Source of the DNA: a virus
Taxonomy: Duplodnaviria; Caudoviricetes
DNA: 41,112 nt
IMG/VR virus record: IMGVR_UViG_3300038556_000051
Coordinates: 1-41,112 of that record
Direction: 5' to 3' (one strand)
Shown: positions 36,439-41,112 of the stretch, one piece after another
Position numbering within the stretch: position 1 is the first letter of the stretch
Layout: every line of letters begins with the position of its first letter
The notes under the pieces: generated by a model
Told to the model about the DNA's origin: nothing
Seen by the model: the letters and a program-made list of their open reading frames with translations, nothing else
Database searches by the model: none
Made by a program: the position numbers and the translations under genes

Positions 36439-36950
36439 TCCCAGGCTCCCTGCCTGACGTTCAGCGCTTGCGGCTCACCGACGACCTTCGCATGAAGAGC
36501 GCCTGGAGAATCGAGGGGCCGAAGCGAATGATTGCGTATGTCGACGAGGGCAGCCCGAAGGTGGAGATCGACGCGCTGGGCGTCGCCGTCTGGGTGAACG
36601 ATGACGGCGCAGATCCGCACGGCTTGATGCTGCCGCCCCCGACCGCCCTCGAGACCGCGCTCCGCATGATCGGCACCGTTGCCGAGCTCGACGACACGCT
36701 GGTGATCCGTCCGGAGGCGGTCAGCTTCGACGTCGGCCTGGTCGGCCCCGAGCTCGAGACTGCGTTCCGGGTGATGTTCTCCGTTCGAGGTGCCCCCTTT
36801 GCGATCGAGCTGAGTCCGGCGCAGCTTGAGGGCCTGATTGACGGGCTGCAGAAGCTCAGCCGGTGCGTCGATCCGAAGGTGCCGGGCAGGGTTGATAGAG
36901 CGCGCCGCGACTGACGCGAGCGCTCGGCTCAACTCGGGAATCGCAGTCAT
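36435..36950 (-). CDS. 171-aa bridging ORF
   Basis: ATG overlaps the cro stop and TGA overlaps the next ATG; shadow-like sequence. Confidence 0.35.
   Translation of the reverse strand: MTAIPELSRALASVAARSINPARHLRIDAPAELLQPVNQALKLRRTQLDRKGGTSNGEHHPERSLELGADQADVEADRLRTDHQRVVELGNGADHAERGLEGGRGRQHQAVRICAVIVHPDGDAQRVDLHLRAALVDIRNHSLRPLDSPGALHAKVVGEPQALNVRQGAWE
36528..36914 (+). CDS. Hypothetical protein, paralogue B (nested antisense)
   Basis: 128 aa; GAGGGG SD; synonymous-site divergence from paralogue A. Confidence 0.75.
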   Translation: MIAYVDEGSPKVEIDALGVAVWVNDDGADPHGLMLPPPTALETALRMIGTVAELDDTLVIRPEAVSFDVGLVGPELETAFRVMFSVRGAPFAIELSPAQLEGLIDGLQKLSRCVDPKVPGRVDRARRD

Positions 36951-37225
36951 GCCGCTGCTCCGATAGAATCGATCGATGTATCGGGAGACAGCGCCTCATC
37001 CGCGCCGTTAAGCGACGCGATATGATCGGCGTCTCGCTCCGCACGGAACTGATCCATGAAGGCGATGACGCGGTTGACACGTCCCAGCGTCGGCGACATC
37101 CCGCCACGAAGCCGCGTGACGAAGGCGGGCTCGTTCGCAGCCTCTCGGCCGAAACGAGTGGGCGCCATCCCAGTATCCAACAGGAACTGGTCGATGCGCT
37201 CGATGAGGTCGGCTTCTGTGATCAT
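36947..37225 (-). CDS. cro: Cro-like repressor
   Basis: LIERIDQFL..TGMAPTRFGREA.NEP.FV.RLR.G.SPTL; divergent from cI. Confidence 0.85.
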   Translation of the reverse strand: MITEADLIERIDQFLLDTGMAPTRFGREAANEPAFVTRLRGGMSPTLGRVNRVIAFMDQFRAERDADHIASLNGADEALSPDTSIDSIGAAA

Positions 37226-37236
37226 CTCGACGATGC

Positions 37237-37317
37237 TGTTAGCGGACGCAAACATAGCGATCAAGTTGCTTTGTTAGCGATGGATGAAAATGACGTAGCT
37301 GTTCGCATGTGCGAAAT
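37237..37317. promoter_or_regulatory. OR-like operators and PR promoter
   Basis: 18-bp TGTTAGC-GGAC-GCAAACA (37237), TGTTAGC half-site (37272), TGTTCGC-ATGT-GCGAAAT (37300); - strand TTGATC-N17-TAACAG. Confidence 0.7.
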
Positions 37318-37327
37318 AGCGAACGCT

Positions 37328-38068
37328 ATGGCGAGCCCCGAAGAAGAGCCTCTGCTCTATCGAAAGCTGATGGCAGTGAAGCCGATCGGCATGACGCCGA
37401 ACCGGTGGCTGACCGAAGCGGGCGTCAACAGGAGCTTCTTTACGACCCTACGATCCAGGGGGAACGCCAACTGGCAGACGGTTGAGAAGCTGCTGAGTGT
37501 GGCTGGCCTGACTCCTGACCAGTTCGGTTCGATGCAGGCGCCTGGGACAGACCGTAGCTCGATCGAAGACGAAGGTGCGGCGAAGCAGCTTCCCTTCCTT
37601 CGCGACGACGAGGAGAGACGAGACATCCCCATGCTCGGAACCGCCTTGGGTGCCGACTTTGAGGTTAGCGACGACGGAACGCCTCAGTTCGCCGAAGTCA
37701 CGGATTTGCATCTCGACGAGGTGGTGGACCACCTCCGTCGGCCTGTTTCGTTAAGAAATCGCCCGCACCTGTACGGGCTCAGTGTCGTTGGCGCATCTAT
37801 GTCGCCTAGGTTCGAACCGGGAGACCCCGCCTACATCGATCCCAAGGCGACACCTCGTATCGGCGATGATGTCGTCGTGTATCTTCGGAAGCCGGAGGGC
37901 GACGAGGGCGAGAGGGTGTTCTCCGTCCTGCTGAAACGATTAGTCAAGCGGTCCGCCGCCTTTGTGGAGCTTGAGCAGTTCAACCCTCCTATCGCCTTCC
38001 GGCTGGATACGAAGTGCATCGCGCGCATCGATCGTGTCATTCCGTGGCGCGAGATCGCAATCTTTTGA
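37328..38068 (+). CDS. cI: CI-like repressor with S24 autopeptidase domain
   Basis: N-terminal HTH; catalytic G.SMSPRF..GD and LKRL; start assigned to ATG 37328. Confidence 0.9.
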   Translation: MASPEEEPLLYRKLMAVKPIGMTPNRWLTEAGVNRSFFTTLRSRGNANWQTVEKLLSVAGLTPDQFGSMQAPGTDRSSIEDEGAAKQLPFLRDDEERRDIPMLGTALGADFEVSDDGTPQFAEVTDLHLDEVVDHLRRPVSLRNRPHLYGLSVVGASMSPRFEPGDPAYIDPKATPRIGDDVVVYLRKPEGDEGERVFSVLLKRLVKRSAAFVELEQFNPPIAFRLDTKCIARIDRVIPWREIAIF

Positions 38069-38122
38069 TGTTCGTATTCACAAACAATGCTGTTGACTGT
38101 TAGCGCAAACAAACACTAAGCC
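38069..38122 (+). promoter_or_regulatory. OL-like operators and PL promoter
   Basis: TGTTCGT-ATTC-ACAAACA (38069) and TGTTAGC-GCAA-ACAAACA (38098); -35 TTGACT at 38093. Confidence 0.7.
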
Positions 38123-38148
38123 TAGCCCGTTCTCAACGGGAGGGCTCA

Positions 38149-38334
38149 ATGCGCTACACCGACCCGGCGGCACTGCCGCCCATTCACACGAGCTGGTGCT
38201 CGTGCCGCGACTGCCGCGCCGCCGCTGACCAGCGGATCCGCGACGACCTGAAGGCGATCATCGCCGGCATGATCATCGCGCTGTTTGTGGCCGCGGTGCT
38301 GATCGCGATTGGCGCGCCGGGAGCGGGGGCGTGA
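38149..38334 (+). CDS. Small membrane protein with CxCxxC
   Basis: GGGAGG SD; WCSCRDC followed by a C-terminal TM. Confidence 0.7.
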   Translation: MRYTDPAALPPIHTSWCSCRDCRAAADQRIRDDLKAIIAGMIIALFVAAVLIAIGAPGAGA

Positions 38335-38666
38335 CAATAGAGCACACCTCAGGGCCATGGCTCGCCGATCGCGAGGCCGGTGGCTTCACGATAGTTGACG
38401 AGGCCGACGGCCGTGTGATCGCTCGTCTATACGACGGCCGCGGGACATTCCCACAGTCGACCTTCGCCCTTACGCAGTACCTCTATGACGGGCAGCATGA
38501 AGCGAACGCTCGGCTGATCGCTGCTGCGCCGGATCTACTCGCCGCGTTGCGGAGCCTGATCGCCGGAGCCCGGCCGTGCACCTGGGACGACGAGGACGAT
38601 CCTGGTCAGCACGCCGCGTGGATCGCCTGCGACCAAGCGATTGCCAAAGCGACAGGTGCGGCGTGA
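38331..38666 (+). CDS. Phage protein (HT.GPW...ANARLIAAAPDLL family)
   Basis: Widespread phage early-gene motif; GTGA coupling. Confidence 0.85.
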   Translation: MTIEHTSGPWLADREAGGFTIVDEADGRVIARLYDGRGTFPQSTFALTQYLYDGQHEANARLIAAAPDLLAALRSLIAGARPCTWDDEDDPGQHAAWIACDQAIAKATGAA

Positions 38667-38923
38667 TCGGCCTGCTCCAGCACCAGCGGACCGCAACCTT
38701 GGCAGCCCACCAGGCGAACGCCGGCGTGGATGCACTTCTCACGTTCGCGCTCGACGGGCCCGAGCTCAACGGCGCTCTTCGGGAAGAGGCCGCCGAGCTG
38801 CTCACGGACGCCTTGAAGCTCGCCCTTGAGCTCGAGCGCGATCTGGGCGTTCAGGATCCCGACGGGGAGCGCGGGCAGCTGCTCGCGGCCTGCGTTAAGT
38901 TCCTCGACGGTTGGGCTGGCTGA
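38663..38923 (+). CDS. Hypothetical phage protein
   Basis: GTGA overlap upstream, TGATG downstream. Confidence 0.65.
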   Translation: MIGLLQHQRTATLAAHQANAGVDALLTFALDGPELNGALREEAAELLTDALKLALELERDLGVQDPDGERGQLLAACVKFLDGWAG

Positions 38924-39372
38924 TGAACCCGCCTCGCTTCCGCCACGAGACGGAGAGCCTCGCGGCCGTGGCGCGCAAGATCTGGCAGGACCGCGTGTCG
39001 CTTTACCCGGCCGCGATCGCCGCGGGTCGCATCGATGAGACGACTGCGGCCTCCAACATTCGCATTGCCCAGGCGATCGCGGCCGACTGGTGTCGCGCCT
39101 GGTCGCGCGAGGATCTCACCATCGAAGCGGCCGACGCCACACAGCCCGAACGTATCCGGACGCTCGCCGAGGCCGCCCAGCGTGCCCGGGCGCGGATCCG
39201 TGCAGCAAGCGGTCAGGACGAGGCGGCCGAGCGCGAGACTTACGCCGAGCTCGTCGAGACGCTGCTCTGGTGGGAGCACCACCCGTTCGGGATCGCATTT
39301 CTCACCCGAGCGACCGATCGCCTGAGAGCCGATGCAGCTGCTCGCCAGCAGGCGCAGGTGCAGGCAGCATGA
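38923..39372 (+). CDS. Hypothetical phage protein
   Basis: R...YP..IA.GRI motif; coupled at both ends. Confidence 0.7.
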   Translation: MNPPRFRHETESLAAVARKIWQDRVSLYPAAIAAGRIDETTAASNIRIAQAIAADWCRAWSREDLTIEAADATQPERIRTLAEAAQRARARIRAASGQDEAAERETYAELVETLLWWEHHPFGIAFLTRATDRLRADAAARQQAQVQAA

Positions 39373-39518
39373 ACCCGCCGGCGCCCGAGCTGGTCGAACT
39401 CGCCAAGGCGCTTGCTCGCGCCGCGGTGGCGCGCGACCTTGCGGCGCACGCGAACACGAAGGGCCGATTCGATGCGCACAGTCATCTACGCTCGCTTCAG
39501 CTCCGCTCTCCAGAATAG
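39369..39518 (+). CDS. 49-aa protein overlapping the integrase start (candidate RDF)
   Basis: ATGA overlap; helix ELVELAKALARAAVARD. Confidence 0.45.
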   Translation: MNPPAPELVELAKALARAAVARDLAAHANTKGRFDAHSHLRSLQLRSPE

Positions 39519-41112
39519 CCGCTCGATCGAAGACCAGATCGCGATCTGCCGGGAGCGGTGCGATCGTGAGGGCTGGCCGATCGTCGACGTGTTCACCGAC
39601 TATGCGATCAGCGGCGCCGCCGGCATCGACGAGGGCCAGCGTCCAGGCCTCAATGCCCTGCTCGCGCGCGTCGAGGCCGGCGACGTCGACCAGCTGCTCG
39701 CAGAGTCGACGGACCGCATCGCGCGCCACCAGGGCGACTTCTTCGTCATCCGCGAGCGCCTCGAGTATGCGCGGGTCCGCCTGTTCACGCTGAGCGACGG
39801 CACCGTTGACGAGATCACCGGCACCTTCAAGGCGCTGATGGACTCCCGCTTTCGAAAGGAGCTCGGCGCCAAGCTGCGCCGCGGCCAGAAGGGTGCGGTG
39901 CGCGAAGGTCGCGCGCCCGCCGGCCTCGCATATGGTTACCGTAAGGCCAACCGCCTGGACGAGCGCGGCGAACTCGTGCGCGGCCTTCGGGCGATCGATC
40001 CTGACCAGGCCGCGATCGTCCGCGAGATCTTCGAGCGCTACGCCGCCGGCGACAGCCCGCTGGCGCTCGCGCGCGACCTGAACGCCCGACGCATCCCGGG
40101 ACCGCGAGGCGGCCACTGGAGTGCGTCGACGATCAACGGCGACCACAAGCGGATGAACGGGATGCTGCAGAACCGGCTCTACGTCGGCGAACTCGTCCAC
40201 TTCCGCACCTCCAAGGTTCAGCACCCGCAGACCCGGCGCGAGCGCATCCGGCCGAACGATCCGGCCGAGTGGGCCATTGCCGCGGTCCCGGATCTCGCGA
40301 TCGTGTCACGCGCACTATTCGACGCCGTCCAGGAGCGGCGCGCTCAATACCGTGGCCAGCGCCCAGAGCACGCCAGACGGCCAAAGAAGCTTCTCTCGGG
40401 CCTGATCCGCTGCGGTGTGTGCGGCGGCCGCGTCAGCCTGATCCGGCGCGAGATCTGGGGCTGCAGCCGTCACAAGGACGGCGGCGGCTGCAGCAACAAT
40501 CGAACCGTCGGCACGCACCTGCTCGAGGCGCGGGTGATCGGCGGGCTGAAAACCCATATGCTTCATCCGGATCTCGTCTCGGCATTCGTCCGCGAGTATC
40601 ACCTCGAGCACAGCAGAAAGGTCCGCGCGATTGAGAAGGGCAGGGACCAACTCGAGCGCCGCCTGGCCGAGGCCAACCAGAAGCTCGAGCGCCTGGTCGC
40701 GGCGATCGCCGAGGGCGCCAGCGACTTCCCCGAGATCCGCGCTGCGCTCACCCGGGTGCGGGCCGAGCGCGACGCGGCCGCCGACCAGCTGCGCGACGCC
40801 GAGGCCCTTCCCGTTGTGGCTCTGCACCCGCGTATCGCCGACGACTATCGCCGCCAGGTCGAGCAGCTCGAGGCGGCGCTCGCCGGCGACCCGGGCACGC
40901 GCGCGGAGGCGGCGCCGATCATCCGCAGCCTGATCGACGAGATCGTGTTCGAGCCCAACCTGGCCAAGAAGCGAGGCGGCCTGATCACCATCACCGGACG
41001 GCTCGCCACGTTGGTCAGCCTGGCAAGGGGCGAGACGGCACCGGAGCCGATGCGTGTCAGCGGTGGAGCGGGTAGCGGGGATCGAACCCGCATCACAAGC
41101 TTGGAAGGCTAG
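39472..41112 (+). CDS. Large serine recombinase (integrase)
   Basis: YARFSS catalytic Ser, DRIAR, YGY, LLSGLIRCGVCG Zn ribbon, coiled coil. Confidence 0.95.
   Translation: MRTVIYARFSSALQNSRSIEDQIAICRERCDREGWPIVDVFTDYAISGAAGIDEGQRPGLNALLARVEAGDVDQLLAESTDRIARHQGDFFVIRERLEYARVRLFTLSDGTVDEITGTFKALMDSRFRKELGAKLRRGQKGAVREGRAPAGLAYGYRKANRLDERGELVRGLRAIDPDQAAIVREIFERYAAGDSPLALARDLNARRIPGPRGGHWSASTINGDHKRMNGMLQNRLYVGELVHFRTSKVQHPQTRRERIRPNDPAEWAIAAVPDLAIVSRALFDAVQERRAQYRGQRPEHARRPKKLLSGLIRCGVCGGRVSLIRREIWGCSRHKDGGGCSNNRTVGTHLLEARVIGGLKTHMLHPDLVSAFVREYHLEHSRKVRAIEKGRDQLERRLAEANQKLERLVAAIAEGASDFPEIRAALTRVRAERDAAADQLRDAEALPVVALHPRIADDYRRQVEQLEAALAGDPGTRAEAAPIIRSLIDEIVFEPNLAKKRGGLITITGRLATLVSLARGETAPEPMRVSGGAGSGDRTRITSLEG
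41064..41112 (-). tRNA. tRNA-Gly(TCC), 3' portion (cut by window edge); probable att site
   Basis: - strand CTAGCCTTCCAAGCTTGTGATGCGGGTTCGATCCCCGCTACCCGCTCCA: anticodon TCC, T-arm GGTTCGATCC, CCA end. Confidence 0.88.

Larger units (their letters stand above)
1..41112. mobile_element. Temperate siphovirus prophage (HK97-like head, lambda-like switch, serine integrase at tRNA-Gly); left boundary not seen
   Basis: Ordered integrase, immunity, replication, packaging, head, tail and lysis modules; tRNA 3' end at the right edge. Whether 1-4310 belongs to the phage is uncertain. Confidence 0.95.

Overview
A 41-kb, GC-rich, near-complete temperate siphovirus prophage with an HK97-type head and a lambda-like genetic switch. 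The host is probably a Sphingomonas-like alphaproteobacterium (inferred from gene families and promoter motifs). Right to left: the 3' half of a tRNA-Gly(TCC) (probable integration site) overlaps the end of a large serine integrase; then a PL-like operon, cI/cro with 18-bp operators, a PR-like operon (cII-like, HTH proteins, primase-helicase), an iteron origin, a late regulator, HNH/cos/terminase/portal/protease/capsid, a non-contractile tail with a predicted -1 frameshift chaperone, a lysis cassette, three putative fibre/spike genes, and an accessory region (sigma-EcfG-type promoters, small genes, and a two-gene soluble + 4-TM operon resembling RexAB-type defence). The most unusual feature is the 1.35 kb between cro and cII. 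There, three + strand genes (a Zn-ribbon protein and two paralogues with visible synonymous-site conservation) are each nested antisense inside a - strand ORF, and those ORFs link cro to cII through four consecutive ATGA/GTGA stop-start overlaps. All family calls come from motif recognition by eye; no searches were run.
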